Below are positions 34,720-43,995 of a DNA stretch of 43,995 bases, piece by piece. Source of the DNA: an uncultured Chloroflexota bacterium (lineage in GTDB: Bacteria > Chloroflexota > Anaerolineae > Anaerolineales > UBA4823); the NCBI GenBank assembly GCA_903871905.1, contig CAIQIV010000237.1, positions 1 through 43,995 of the forward strand, in the 5' to 3' direction. Within the stretch, counting starts at the first letter, position 1. The number at the start of each line of letters is the position of its first letter. The translations under genes and the position numbers were made by a program. Under the pieces are notes generated by a model. The model ran no database searches. It had not been told where the DNA came from and was given only the letters and a program-made list of their open reading frames with translations.

Positions 34720-35877
34720 ATGGCTGAAAAAGTCCTTGTCGTGGATGATGATCTGGATACGCTTCGCCTGGTGGGCTTGCTGTTGCAGCGCCAGGGTTAT
34801 CAAATCCTGGCAGCTAGTAGCGGCACACAGGCGCTGAACATGGCGGCCAGCGAACGCCCTGACATCATTCTGCTCGATGCGATGATGCCTGACATGGATG
34901 GGTTTGAGGTAACGCGCCGCATCCGCCAACAGCCGGCCCTGTTCAAAATCCCTATCATCCTGTTTACAGCCCGCTCCCAGACGGAAGACAAAATCCAGGG
35001 AATGCAGGCAGGCGCTGACGATTACCTGACCAAGCCTACCCAGCCGCGCGAAATGTTTGCCCATGTCCGGGCGCTGCTGGACCGTGCAGCCCAGGAGAGG
35101 GCCGCCAGTGGTCAGCACACCGCTGCATCGAAAACCGGCGCCTACAACCTGGGTGTTCTTTCGGCCCGCGGCGGGTCTGGAGTGTCCACCCTGGCGCTCA
35201 ACCTGGGAATCTGCCTGCGCCAGCAGTCCGGAGGAAATGTTATTGTGGCAGACTATCGCCCCGGCGCCAGTACCCTGGACCTTGAGCTGGGCGTCTCCCG
35301 GCCAGAAGGTCTGAACCACCTGCTTCAACGGCGCACCTCCGAGCCGGATATCCAGGCGGTTCAGAACGAACTGTTCACCCATGCCAGCGGGACGCGCTTC
35401 CTGCTGGCTTCAGCCCAGCCTGCCGATGCCAGACTGCTTGCCGCCATAGATGCGTTCAAAGGGATCACCAGCCGCCTGGTTGAACAACCCGGGCTGGTAG
35501 TCTTCGATCTGGGCGCTTCGCTTACCCCGTTGGCGCTGCAAACGCTGGAGGTCTGCCATGAGGTCCTGGTTGCGGTAACACCGACCCTTTCGGTCTCAGA
35601 ACACACCCGGGCGCTGGTTAACGACCTGGGGGCGCGCGGCTTCATTCGCGAGCAGGTCCGTCTGGCAGTGATCCAACGCAGCCCTGGACCCCGGCTGAGC
35701 GATACACAGGTACAGGAGCTGGCTGGGGCGCGGGTCGCTGCCAGCTTTCCCTATGCCCCTGAGCTGTTTGCCCAGGCGGTCGAGCACGTCACGCCGGTTG
35801 TATTGTTGGAACCGGATGGACCGGTCGCCATGCAGTTCCACTGGCTGGCCGAAGCGATTTTGCTGCGCAAAAGCTGA
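34720..35877 (+). CDS. Response regulator fused to MinD/CpaE-like ATPase domain
   Basis: REC domain (VVDDD, LDAMMP, TKP) plus deviant Walker A SARGGSGVST, VIVAD and VVFDLG. Confidence 0.82.
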   Translation: MAEKVLVVDDDLDTLRLVGLLLQRQGYQILAASSGTQALNMAASERPDIILLDAMMPDMDGFEVTRRIRQQPALFKIPIILFTARSQTEDKIQGMQAGADDYLTKPTQPREMFAHVRALLDRAAQERAASGQHTAASKTGAYNLGVLSARGGSGVSTLALNLGICLRQQSGGNVIVADYRPGASTLDLELGVSRPEGLNHLLQRRTSEPDIQAVQNELFTHASGTRFLLASAQPADARLLAAIDAFKGITSRLVEQPGLVVFDLGASLTPLALQTLEVCHEVLVAVTPTLSVSEHTRALVNDLGARGFIREQVRLAVIQRSPGPRLSDTQVQELAGARVAASFPYAPELFAQAVEHVTPVVLLEPDGPVAMQFHWLAEAILLRKS

Positions 35878-35886
35878 GAGAAACGG

Positions 35887-36669
35887 ATGCCGCATTTCGA
35901 CGCTGTGACCCTGATGAACATACGCATTGCTGCTGACATCATTCGTGATAGTCATAATACTGTGATCCTGACTGGCGCAGGGCTCTCTACCCCCTCCGGG
36001 ATCCCGGACTTCCGCAGCCCTCAAAGCGGGCTGTGGGAAAAGAGCGATCCGACTGAGGTGGCTTCCCTGACATCATTCCGCTATCATCCTGAAAAATTCT
36101 ACCATTGGATGCGCCCTCTTGCCCAAATTATGGTCCAGGCGCAGCCCAACCAGGCCCATCTCAGTATTGCGCAAATGGAAACCGCCGGTTTTGTGAAAAC
36201 GGTGATCACCCAAAACATCGACGGGCTGCATCAGCGTGCTGGATCATGCAACGTCCTGGAAGTGCATGGAACGATTGACTTCATGACCTGCGTCCGCTGC
36301 TACCAGAAATATAATGCCCAGAGTCACCTGGAAACCTACTTGAATTCAGGCAGTATCCCGCGCTGCACCATCTGCAACGGTATATTGAAGCCCGATATTG
36401 TCCTGTTCGGCGAGCAGATGCCTGCCCGGGTTTGGCTGAAGGCTATGGAGGCCTGCAAAACCTGTGATGTCATGCTGGTTGCAGGATCGTCGCTTGAGGT
36501 GCTGCCGGTGGCTGGACTGCCCATGCGAGCCCTGGAGAATGGCGCTCACCTGATCCTGGTAAACCGGGCCCGCACCTATATGGATGTGCGCGCGGATGTT
36601 GTTTTGAATGAAGACGTGATCGGAATCTTACCGAACATTGTCCAGGAGGTGCTTGGGAATGGTGCATGA
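35887..36669 (+). CDS. cobB: NAD-dependent protein deacylase, Sir2 family
   Basis: TGAGLSTPSGIPDFR, TQNIDGLH, EVHG, two CxxC, KPDIVLFGE and GSSL motifs. Confidence 0.92.
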   Translation: MPHFDAVTLMNIRIAADIIRDSHNTVILTGAGLSTPSGIPDFRSPQSGLWEKSDPTEVASLTSFRYHPEKFYHWMRPLAQIMVQAQPNQAHLSIAQMETAGFVKTVITQNIDGLHQRAGSCNVLEVHGTIDFMTCVRCYQKYNAQSHLETYLNSGSIPRCTICNGILKPDIVLFGEQMPARVWLKAMEACKTCDVMLVAGSSLEVLPVAGLPMRALENGAHLILVNRARTYMDVRADVVLNEDVIGILPNIVQEVLGNGA

Positions 36670-37849
36670 TCCCGACCACCTGCTGCGCCGGTACCAGTTG
36701 CTGCTGCAAATCTCGTCCGATCTGACCTCCACCCTGGACCTGCCCGTACTCTTGAACCGCATCGTCCAGGCAGCTGCCGATCTGACTAACGCCGAAGCAG
36801 GCTCGATTTTACTTTACGATGAGGTCAAAAAGCAGCTGCTTTTTGAATCTGCCTCCAACCTGGATGAACCATCGATGCGCGGTCTGGTGGTTCCGGTGGA
36901 CAGCATTGCCGGGTGGATTGTCAACAACCGCCAGTCTTTAATCATCAATGACACCATGCACGACCCTCGCCACTTTGGCGGCCTGGCGCAGTCTACCCAG
37001 GTCACCACCACCTCGCTGATGGGCGTCCCAATGGTCGCCAACACGAAGGTAATTGGGGTATTGGAGACAATCAACAAGCTGGAGGGCCAGTTCAGTCAGG
37101 ATGACATGGATCTATTGGAAGCGTTGGGATCGCAGGCAGCATTGGCCATTGAAAATGCCCGCTTATTCCAGCAGTCCGACCTGATCAGCGACCTGGTGCA
37201 CGAACTGCGCACCCCATTGACCTCCCTCAACACTGCTGCCCAGCTGCTGACCAATCCGCGGGTCAACGACGATATGCGCCAGAATATTGTGCGGGTGATC
37301 ATGAGCGAAACCGGGCGCCTGGCTGATATGGCCTCAGATTTCCTGGATCTGGCGCGGCTGGAATCCGGGCGGGCTCAGTTCCAGACCCAGGTTTTCGAAT
37401 TTTCACCACTGTTGGAGGAATGCGCCAGCCTGATGCGTCCCAAGGCACAGGAGCGCGGCATCTATATCGAGATGGACATCCCCGGGGAGCAGCTCATGCT
37501 GCGCGCCGATCGGAATAAGGTCAAGCAGATAGTTATCAACCTGGTCAGCAATGCCATCAAGTACAACCAGCAAAACGGAAGGTTGGTGATCTGGGCAGGC
37601 CAGGTGGGGGGCAACGTGGTTCTCAAGGTCAGCGATACTGGCGCAGGAATCCCGCCGGAAAGCCTGCCTCACCTCTTCAAGAAATTCTACCGCGTCCCGG
37701 GCACCGAGCGCATCACGCAGGGCACCGGTTTGGGTCTGTCCATCACCCGGCGCATTGTTGAAGCCCACGGCGGGCAGATCAGCGTCGAAAGCCACGTCAA
37801 CCAGGGCACCACATTTACCGTTTCACTCCCCCAAAAACTCGAGAGCTGA
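36659..37849 (+). CDS. GAF sensor histidine kinase
   Basis: GAF domain (ENARLF), HELRTP, NLVSNAIKY, DTGAGI and GTGLGL. AGGAGG RBS before ATG 36659. Confidence 0.9.
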   Translation: MVHDPDHLLRRYQLLLQISSDLTSTLDLPVLLNRIVQAAADLTNAEAGSILLYDEVKKQLLFESASNLDEPSMRGLVVPVDSIAGWIVNNRQSLIINDTMHDPRHFGGLAQSTQVTTTSLMGVPMVANTKVIGVLETINKLEGQFSQDDMDLLEALGSQAALAIENARLFQQSDLISDLVHELRTPLTSLNTAAQLLTNPRVNDDMRQNIVRVIMSETGRLADMASDFLDLARLESGRAQFQTQVFEFSPLLEECASLMRPKAQERGIYIEMDIPGEQLMLRADRNKVKQIVINLVSNAIKYNQQNGRLVIWAGQVGGNVVLKVSDTGAGIPPESLPHLFKKFYRVPGTERITQGTGLGLSITRRIVEAHGGQISVESHVNQGTTFTVSLPQKLES

Positions 37850-37876
37850 CCGGCTGCCAGAAGCGTTGAGCCCTGG

Positions 37877-38860
37877 CTAAAAGGTGATGAGCACCTTGAG
37901 CACACCAGGCTGTGCTGCCTGGTGAAAAGCCTGCAGCACCTGTTCCAGGGGATAGGGCCGCTCAATCAGCGGCGTTGGGTCCACCTGACCGCTGGCCAGC
38001 AGCCGCAGTGCCGGTTCAAAAGGCCCGCAGCGTGAGCCCACCAGGGTGATCTCATTAACCACCACCTGTGAGAGGTTAATCTCGGCGTTACCATGATAGG
38101 TGCTCTTGAGCACAATGCTGCCCCGCGGTCGGACGGCGTACAGCGCCAGGTCAAAACCGGCCTGGGAGCCGGTGGCCTCAATCACCAGGTCCTGCCGGTG
38201 AGCATCCAGCTGGTCGGCCTCCACCAGGCGGATGCCACGCCGTTTCAGCAGTTCCCTCTGCAGCGTGTGGCGCGCCACCACTGCCAGGTCACAGCCTGTC
38301 AGAGACAGGGCCTGGGCAATCAGCTGCCCCAGGCGCCCGGCGCCGATCAACAGCACCCGTTGATCAGGCTGCACCAATACCTGCTGCTGGATCTCCAGGG
38401 CTGCCGCCAGCGGCTCGGTGAACACCGCGGCATCGTCACTCACATCATCCGGCACGCGGTGCAGGTTCTCTATGGGCAGGCACACCGTCTCTGCAAAAAC
38501 ACCGTTCCGCTTCCAGATCCCCAGGACGGTCCTGCGCTCGCAGTGAGTGGGGTGGCCGCGGCGGCAGGTTTCGCATTCTCCGCAGGCCGCATTGATCTCC
38601 CCTACCACTCGCTGCCCAATCCAGCCAGATTCTTCGGGCTGGCGCCCCGAATAAGAGCGCGGGTGGACCTCTACAACTTCCGCCACAAATTCGTGGCCCG
38701 GGATTCCGGTAAAAGGATAGTATCCCTTCACCATTTCCAGGTCAGTGGCGCAGACCCCTGCCAGGCGCAGGCGCAGCAGCGCCTCGCCCGGCTGCGGGCT
38801 TTGCTCGGGTAAATCAGTGCGGTAAGAAAGCTTCTGGTCTTCAAGCCAGGCAGCACGCAT
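37877..38860 (-). CDS. Zinc-dependent alcohol dehydrogenase (MDR family)
   Basis: GVCATD, GHEFV, CGECETC..C, EPLA and GAGRLG motifs. Confidence 0.9.
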   Translation of the reverse strand: MRAAWLEDQKLSYRTDLPEQSPQPGEALLRLRLAGVCATDLEMVKGYYPFTGIPGHEFVAEVVEVHPRSYSGRQPEESGWIGQRVVGEINAACGECETCRRGHPTHCERRTVLGIWKRNGVFAETVCLPIENLHRVPDDVSDDAAVFTEPLAAALEIQQQVLVQPDQRVLLIGAGRLGQLIAQALSLTGCDLAVVARHTLQRELLKRRGIRLVEADQLDAHRQDLVIEATGSQAGFDLALYAVRPRGSIVLKSTYHGNAEINLSQVVVNEITLVGSRCGPFEPALRLLASGQVDPTPLIERPYPLEQVLQAFHQAAQPGVLKVLITF

Positions 38861-38875
38861 CCTGTGTCTCCTCTC

Positions 38876-40672
38876 TCAGCGCGCCCCGCGGCGCCCAAAC
38901 TGGCGTTCCAGCAGATCAACGGAAATATGGATCATCGTCGGGCGGCCGTGCGGGCAGGTGCGCGGCGACTCGCACGCTTCTAATCCGCTCAACAGGGCCT
39001 GCTGCTCGACCGGCGACAGGCTCTGCCCGGCTTTCACCGCCGCTCGTTTGCACACCCGGGCGATCAACCGCGCCTCCGCTTGCGCCTGCAGCGGCGCCTC
39101 ATCCTCTTCAAAGTCCTCCACCACCACCCGCAGGGCTCCAGCCGGATCACTGGAGGCTACCAGGGCTGGCAGCGCCCGGACCAGGAACGAATGCGCCCCG
39201 AAGGCTTCTACGTCAAAACCGATGTGCTTCAACAGCGGCAGTTGCCCGGACAGCAAGCGCGCGCTGGCCGGCGGCAGGTCCACCAGGGCCGGGGTAAGCA
39301 GCACCTGCGATGCGCTGGCCTGCTCATGCCGCGCCATGAACTGCTCGTATAGCACACGCTCGTGTGCCGCATGCTGATCGATCAGATACAGGCCGTCTGG
39401 GCCCTCTGCCACCAGGTAGGTCAAGGCAATCTGCCCTACCAGGCGCAGCACCGCCGGCCGAATCTCCGGAAGCTGCGGCGTGGCAGCCATTCCCAGGCCA
39501 GCCGGTGAGGCGCCTGGTTGGCCTGCCTCCTGCGCCTCCATGGGCGGGAGATCGGGATATTCCCTCTCCAGCCGGGTGCGCTCCTGCCCGGCGTTATCCC
39601 AGGCAAGACCGGGTGCCCTCCCCGCGGTCGGTCTGCCCTCTTCTTCCCCCCACCGCGGCAGCGAGGTTTCCAGGCCCTGCACCGGGGTATGCGCCAGCAG
39701 CGCCCGCCGCACCGCCCCCTGCAGCCCGCTGAAGATGCGCTCCGGCTGGCGGAAACGCACTTCCGCTTTGGCCGGGTGCACATTCACATCGACCGTATCT
39801 GCCGGTACATCCACGAATAATATCGCCAGGGGATACCGCCCAACCATCAAGAAGGTTCGGTACGCTTGCAGCAGGGCTGTCGCCAGAGCGGCATCCTGGA
39901 CCGGCCTACCATTAACAAAGAAATGCATCTCACGCCGGTTGGATCGGGTGAGTGACGCCGGGCTGACAAAGCCCTCCACCCGGAGATCCCGATCCACAAA
40001 ATTGACCTCCAGCATCTGCCGGGCGGTGTCCACATCGTAGATGGAAGCCAGGACCTCACGCCGGTCGCCCTGCCCGCTGGTTTGCAGTGCATACTGCCCC
40101 TCCTGGCGCAGGTGAAAACGCACCCTGGGATAGGCAATGGCATACAGGCCCACCAGGTGGTCAATGTGGCGGCGCTCGGTGGCTTCATGCTTCAGGAATT
40201 TCAGACGGGCAGGCACATTATAAAACAGGTCTTCCACGCGCACCACCGTTCCGATTGGGACCCCGGCGTTTTCCACGGCCAGCAGCGCGCCGCCCTCCAC
40301 GTGCAAAATAGCCCCCGACTCATCCTGCGCCCGCCTGGAGGTCAGCGTCAAGCGCGACACCGAACCAATGGAAGCCAGCGCCTCGCCGCGGAAACCCAGC
40401 GTGGTGATGTGAAACAGATCATCCGCCTGGCTCAGCTTGCTGGTGGCATGACGCTCCACCGCCAAAGGCAGTTCACTCGCCGGGATACCGCTGCCATCGT
40501 CGGCAACTTCAATCACTCGCTGGCCTGCGCCTTCAATATTCATGCGAATAAACTGCGCCCCGGCATCCAGCGCATTTTCTAACAATTCTTTGACCACTGA
40601 GGCCGGTCGCTCGACCACCTCTCCCGCAGCAATCTGTGAAGCAACATCAGGTGAAAGCAGGCGAATGGGCAT
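38876..40672 (-). CDS. mutL: DNA mismatch repair endonuclease MutL
   Basis: IAAGEVVERP, KELLEN, HATSK, GFRGEAL, DVNVHP, DQHAAHE and CPHGRP motifs. Confidence 0.97.
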   Translation of the reverse strand: MPIRLLSPDVASQIAAGEVVERPASVVKELLENALDAGAQFIRMNIEGAGQRVIEVADDGSGIPASELPLAVERHATSKLSQADDLFHITTLGFRGEALASIGSVSRLTLTSRRAQDESGAILHVEGGALLAVENAGVPIGTVVRVEDLFYNVPARLKFLKHEATERRHIDHLVGLYAIAYPRVRFHLRQEGQYALQTSGQGDRREVLASIYDVDTARQMLEVNFVDRDLRVEGFVSPASLTRSNRREMHFFVNGRPVQDAALATALLQAYRTFLMVGRYPLAILFVDVPADTVDVNVHPAKAEVRFRQPERIFSGLQGAVRRALLAHTPVQGLETSLPRWGEEEGRPTAGRAPGLAWDNAGQERTRLEREYPDLPPMEAQEAGQPGASPAGLGMAATPQLPEIRPAVLRLVGQIALTYLVAEGPDGLYLIDQHAAHERVLYEQFMARHEQASASQVLLTPALVDLPPASARLLSGQLPLLKHIGFDVEAFGAHSFLVRALPALVASSDPAGALRVVVEDFEEDEAPLQAQAEARLIARVCKRAAVKAGQSLSPVEQQALLSGLEACESPRTCPHGRPTMIHISVDLLERQFGRRGAR

Positions 40673-40692
40673 GGGCGTATTATAATTGCATT
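40673..40692. promoter_or_regulatory. Bidirectional overlapping -10 elements (leaderless mutL and HAD transcripts)
   Basis: ATTATAAT gives TATAAT on + (40681-86) and on - (40679-84), each 6 nt from an ATG. There is no SD sequence in the 20-bp gap. Confidence 0.65.
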
Positions 40693-41400
40693 ATGACCTA
40701 TTCCACCCTGTTCTTTGACCTGGATGATACTTTATACGATCCACGCAATGGCCTATGGGAGGCTATTCGCCGCCGTATGAGCCTGTTTATGGCAGAGCGC
40801 CTGGGAATCCCCCCGGAGACCATCCCGTCGCTGCGTCGCCAGTATTTTGAGCAGTACGGTACCACCTTGCGCGGCCTGCAAATCCACTATCATGTGGACT
40901 CGGATGAGTACCTGGATTATGTGCACGACCTGCCCCTGGATCAGTTCCTGCAGCCGCGCCCTGACCTGCGCCAGATGCTGCTCAGCCTGCCACAGCGGCG
41001 CTGGATCTTTACCAACGCCGATGACCGCCACGCCCTGCGCGTCTTGAAACAGCTCGACCTGGACGGCTGCTTCGAAGGGATCATCGATGTGCGCGCCATC
41101 CGTTTTGCCTGCAAGCCGGAACCCGAGGCCTATCAACGTGCCCTGGCGCTGGCAGGCACTCCTGCCTCCCAGGAATGTGTGATGCTGGATGATTCGGAGC
41201 GCAACCTGGCGCCTGCCCGCCACATCGGGTTCACCACCATCCTGGTTTCACCCAATGGAAAGCTGGCTGCCGCGCTGGCCCAGGCATCCCTGGACGGCGG
41301 GCAAAGTTATATCCTGCAAGACCTGCTGGAGCTTCCCCGGGTGATGCCCGAGTTGTGGGGGTCCGGCGCCGTTATGAGCTCCATTGACCGGCCAGGTTAA
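40693..41400 (+). CDS. HAD-family pyrimidine 5'-nucleotidase-like hydrolase
   Basis: FFDLDDTLY, YGTTLRGL, FTNA, CKP and LDDSERNL motifs. Confidence 0.88.
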   Translation: MTYSTLFFDLDDTLYDPRNGLWEAIRRRMSLFMAERLGIPPETIPSLRRQYFEQYGTTLRGLQIHYHVDSDEYLDYVHDLPLDQFLQPRPDLRQMLLSLPQRRWIFTNADDRHALRVLKQLDLDGCFEGIIDVRAIRFACKPEPEAYQRALALAGTPASQECVMLDDSERNLAPARHIGFTTILVSPNGKLAAALAQASLDGGQSYILQDLLELPRVMPELWGSGAVMSSIDRPG

Positions 41401-41401
41401 C

Positions 41402-41641
41402 ATGATGGACAGCAACAAAGTCTCTCTGATCATCTGCCTGACGATATTCGTGGTCATCGGGATCAACGCGGCCATCTACGCCTTGTTCAGCCGCGGCAAC
41501 CAGACCGGGGATATTGAGTTGTTCCAACGTTCCTTCAAACGCTTGCGCAATCCCTGGCAGGAAGAAGACAACAATATGCAAGAGCTGTCCCGTTTGGTCG
41601 CCGACTTAAAAAAACACGAACGGCATGACCCGCCAGAATAA
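41402..41641 (+). CDS. Small single-TM hypothetical protein
   Basis: One hydrophobic helix (SLIICLTIFVVIGINAAIYAL) then RNPWQEED..ELSRLV, sitting in the operon gap. Confidence 0.6.
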   Translation: MMDSNKVSLIICLTIFVVIGINAAIYALFSRGNQTGDIELFQRSFKRLRNPWQEEDNNMQELSRLVADLKKHERHDPPE

Positions 41642-41707
41642 TCTTTCTTGGCACCAGCCCGCTGGGGCAACAAGCAACCAGCAGACCTTTCCTGGACGAG
41701 GATATTG

Positions 41708-42499
41708 ATGACTGAAAAAATGATGACCATGGACGAAGCTGTGCGCCTGGTGAAGCCCGGCTGTTTGCTGGCGCTGGGTGGGATGACCAATTACCGCCGC
41801 CCGGTGGCATTTGTGCGCGCCCTGATCCGGCGCTTTCAGCAGGAGGGCGAGCCAGGCGGGCTGACCCTGCTGGCCTTCACTGCCGGCCTGGAGAGCGACC
41901 TGCTGGTGGGCGCCGGCATGGTGCGCAAAATTCGCTCCTGTTACTTCGGCCTTGAGATCTTTGGCCTGGCGCCGATGTACACTTATCATGCCAACCGCGG
42001 CGGGTTGGATGTCGTGGAAGAGACCGAAGCCAGCCTGGCCTTTGGCCTGCGCGCCCAGATGGCTGGGGTGGGTTTCATGCCCGGCCGCGGCTGGCTGGGC
42101 ACCGACCTGCCGCGCCTCCGGCCAGATGTGCGCACCGTGGTGGACCCTTACAGCGGGGAGGAACTGATGGCCTTCCCTGCCATCCGCCCTGACGTGGCGG
42201 TAATCCATGCCCTGCGCGCCGACCGCCTGGGAAATGCCCAGATCGGTAACAACCGGGGTGTGGACGAGGAATTAGCTCTCACCTCCCGCCAGGTGCTGGT
42301 CACTGCTGAAGAAGTCCTGCCCGAGCTTTCCCAGGCGGACCTGGTCGGCCCCCTGGTGCATGGCATCATTCATGCACCCAGAGGCGCGGCGCCTACCTCC
42401 TGCCACCCACTCTATGCCCTGGATGGACAGCAGCTCCTGGATTACACCACCCGGGTCAGCGACCCGGAATCGTTTCAAGCTTACCTGCAAAGCGAGTGA
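41708..42499 (+). CDS. Acyl-CoA transferase subunit A (glutaconate CoA-transferase A-like)
   Basis: EAVRLVKPG..LALGG, DLLVGAG, LGTDL, AIRPDVAVIHA..AD..GN, VTAEE and GAAPTSC motifs. Confidence 0.85.
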   Translation: MTEKMMTMDEAVRLVKPGCLLALGGMTNYRRPVAFVRALIRRFQQEGEPGGLTLLAFTAGLESDLLVGAGMVRKIRSCYFGLEIFGLAPMYTYHANRGGLDVVEETEASLAFGLRAQMAGVGFMPGRGWLGTDLPRLRPDVRTVVDPYSGEELMAFPAIRPDVAVIHALRADRLGNAQIGNNRGVDEELALTSRQVLVTAEEVLPELSQADLVGPLVHGIIHAPRGAAPTSCHPLYALDGQQLLDYTTRVSDPESFQAYLQSE

Positions 42500-42559
42500 A
42501 ACCATTTCTTCCCATTCTGCGTTATATACTCAACCGGCATCACCCTCTGAAAGGCAGGT

Positions 42560-43564
42560 GTGATTTCCATGATAGAGATTAATGTCCAGAATAATCAGAT
42601 TTACTTCGGCGAGCGCTTCCGGCTGGCTTTTATGCGCACCCTGCGCATCCCAGATGATGGAAAAACCTATCCACTCCCACCGGGGCTGGAGCCATTCCCC
42701 GTATTCAGAGTGAAGGATTATTCACTGCGTTTGCCTGGCTCCTGGATCCAGCAGGGCGGCGTCTTCATCCCCATGTTCCAGAGGGAGGCGATGTGGCTGG
42801 CTTTCTTTGCCGAGCCCTGGAAGCCCAATGCCGTCCAGGTGGCGGTCGGCGGAATCAACGCCATCTCTGGCACAGGCTGGGATGGACGCCTGCACGCCGA
42901 CCCGCAGGACTACCTGGTATGCCCTGATCAGCCCTGGCTGGATGGGATCAACGCCGGCCCGGGCATGGTGCGCCAGTTTGTGGCCATGCCCCTGGGAATG
43001 GGTTACAGCATTGAAGCCCAGGTCAGCAGCCGGGAAGAGCAGGGAGGCATCCAGGTCAAGGTTTTTGAGCCCCGGCCGGGAATTTTTCCCGATGAGCCGC
43101 CTGAAATAGAAGACACTTTTGGGGGCGAGGGCACCCTGCCTGTCAGCCCGGCTGCTGCACCAGGCGGTGTGGAGATGGGGATAGCAGCCGGCGGGCGCAT
43201 GGAGCAGAAGATCTATCCTGACCCCCACGGCCTGGGAACCTGGGATGAGGAAAATTCTGCCACGCTGCACGTGCATATCCTCAACAGCCTGCAGTTCAGC
43301 CGGGTCACCGGCTGCCCTCCCCCTGAATCCCCGGTTACTGCCCAGGTCTATACGCACTTCGGCTTCCCCTGGTTTAGCCTGTACGACGATGAGATGGGTG
43401 ACCTGTCCGCCCCAGAAACGCTGACCAGGGTACAGAGCATTGCTGAACTCGACCAGCAGCACGGCGAACTGGAAAGCAGCGACATCCCCCTGGAGATCGA
43501 CCCGCTCCAGATCCATGGTATCCATTACAAAAAATCTCAAAAGGACCAAGGTAAACAACCCTGA
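42560..43564 (+). CDS. Conserved hypothetical protein (RTLRIPDDG..YPLPPGL / PM.QREA.W family)
   Basis: RTLRIPDDGKTYPLPPGL, PMFQREAMW, QDYLVCPDQPWLDG, RQFVAMPLG.GY, MGIAAGGRMEQKIYPDP and PWFSLYD. I recall this as an uncharacterised family in bacteria and fungi. Confidence 0.7.
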   Translation: MISMIEINVQNNQIYFGERFRLAFMRTLRIPDDGKTYPLPPGLEPFPVFRVKDYSLRLPGSWIQQGGVFIPMFQREAMWLAFFAEPWKPNAVQVAVGGINAISGTGWDGRLHADPQDYLVCPDQPWLDGINAGPGMVRQFVAMPLGMGYSIEAQVSSREEQGGIQVKVFEPRPGIFPDEPPEIEDTFGGEGTLPVSPAAAPGGVEMGIAAGGRMEQKIYPDPHGLGTWDEENSATLHVHILNSLQFSRVTGCPPPESPVTAQVYTHFGFPWFSLYDDEMGDLSAPETLTRVQSIAELDQQHGELESSDIPLEIDPLQIHGIHYKKSQKDQGKQP

Positions 43565-43573
43565 GAGGCGCCA

Positions 43574-43995
43574 TTGAAACCCCCTGAGATCCTGTTAGCC
43601 CAGCTCCCCAACCTGGATATTCTACTCACCTACCTGGACAGCGACCCACAGGCGGCGCTGGAGCATGCCCTGACCAGCCTGAATGTCCCCTCGCGCGGTG
43701 GTATGGTGCGCACGCCAATCCCCCCGCAGCTCGAATCCATCGCTGCTCCACCCACGGGGACTGACCAGGTCCTGCAGGCTGGTACGCGCGCATTGAACAA
43801 GATCGCCAGCCAGGGAGAAGCGGTTGACCTGGAACCAGACGAGGCGATTGGGCTGGAGGCGATCGTCCAGCTTTATGGCCGCCCGGCGCTTTTGGTTGAA
43901 AATCATGTCTTCGAGCCTGCGCCTCCGGGCTGGGAGATCCTGGAAGAAAAGCGGGCTGCCATCGAAACCAACATGCTTTCAGTCGGGCGGATCGA
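43574..43995 (+). CDS. N-terminus of a probable trypsin/V8-like serine protease (3' end outside window; not in ORF track)
   Basis: Open frame from TTG 43574 to the window end: ...GLEAIVQLYGRPALLV...WEILEEKRAAIETNMLSVGRI. This pattern precedes the catalytic core of many bacterial trypsin-like peptidases. Confidence 0.55.
   Translation, partial: MKPPEILLAQLPNLDILLTYLDSDPQAALEHALTSLNVPSRGGMVRTPIPPQLESIAAPPTGTDQVLQAGTRALNKIASQGEAVDLEPDEAIGLEAIVQLYGRPALLVENHVFEPAPPGWEILEEKRAAIETNMLSVGRI

Noticed and set aside
1-43995. CRISPR arrays, IS elements, prophage genes, rRNA
   Set aside because: I saw no regularly spaced repeats, transposase/integrase motifs, phage genes or rRNA-like segments on manual reading.

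Overview
GC-rich bacterial chromosomal window. The gene content looks like Chloroflexota/Anaerolineae, which is an inference only. (1) 1-4.7 kb holds the 3' part of a lasso-peptide gene cluster. It has an Asn-synthetase-like cyclase (5'-truncated), a radical SAM/SPASM-Twitch enzyme and two tandem 58-aa precursors with YxxP..G..LT leaders; the first (2289-2465) is absent from the ORF track. An HPr-kinase-like kinase and a GT2 glycosyltransferase follow. (2) 4.7-18.7 kb has iorAB, a TnaA/Tpl-family lyase with a structured leader, a diguanylate cyclase, MFS, ICMT-like and heterodimeric ABC exporter genes. An unannotated 53-aa six-Cys peptide gene (16391-16552) follows the exporter, then dapB, tRNA-Asn and a Hcy methyltransferase. 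(3) 18.8-31.9 kb is a ~13-kb signalling operon: DUF4388 protein, MglA/CvnD-like GTPase, an active and a Ser-less alpha/beta hydrolase, an LbH protein, REC-degenerate GGDEF, a 2420-aa multi-GAF histidine kinase and a REC protein. (4) 31.9-44 kb has a lone flgG/F-like gene preceded by a PPPR-ending leader ORF, tilS, REC-CpaE/Sir2/GAF-HK and a Zn-ADH. mutL and a HAD gene share a symmetric bidirectional -10 element. A CoA-transferase A gene, a conserved hypothetical gene and a truncated trypsin-like protease end the window. I saw no CRISPR array, rRNA or mobile element. All calls come from reading motifs by eye; no database searches were run.
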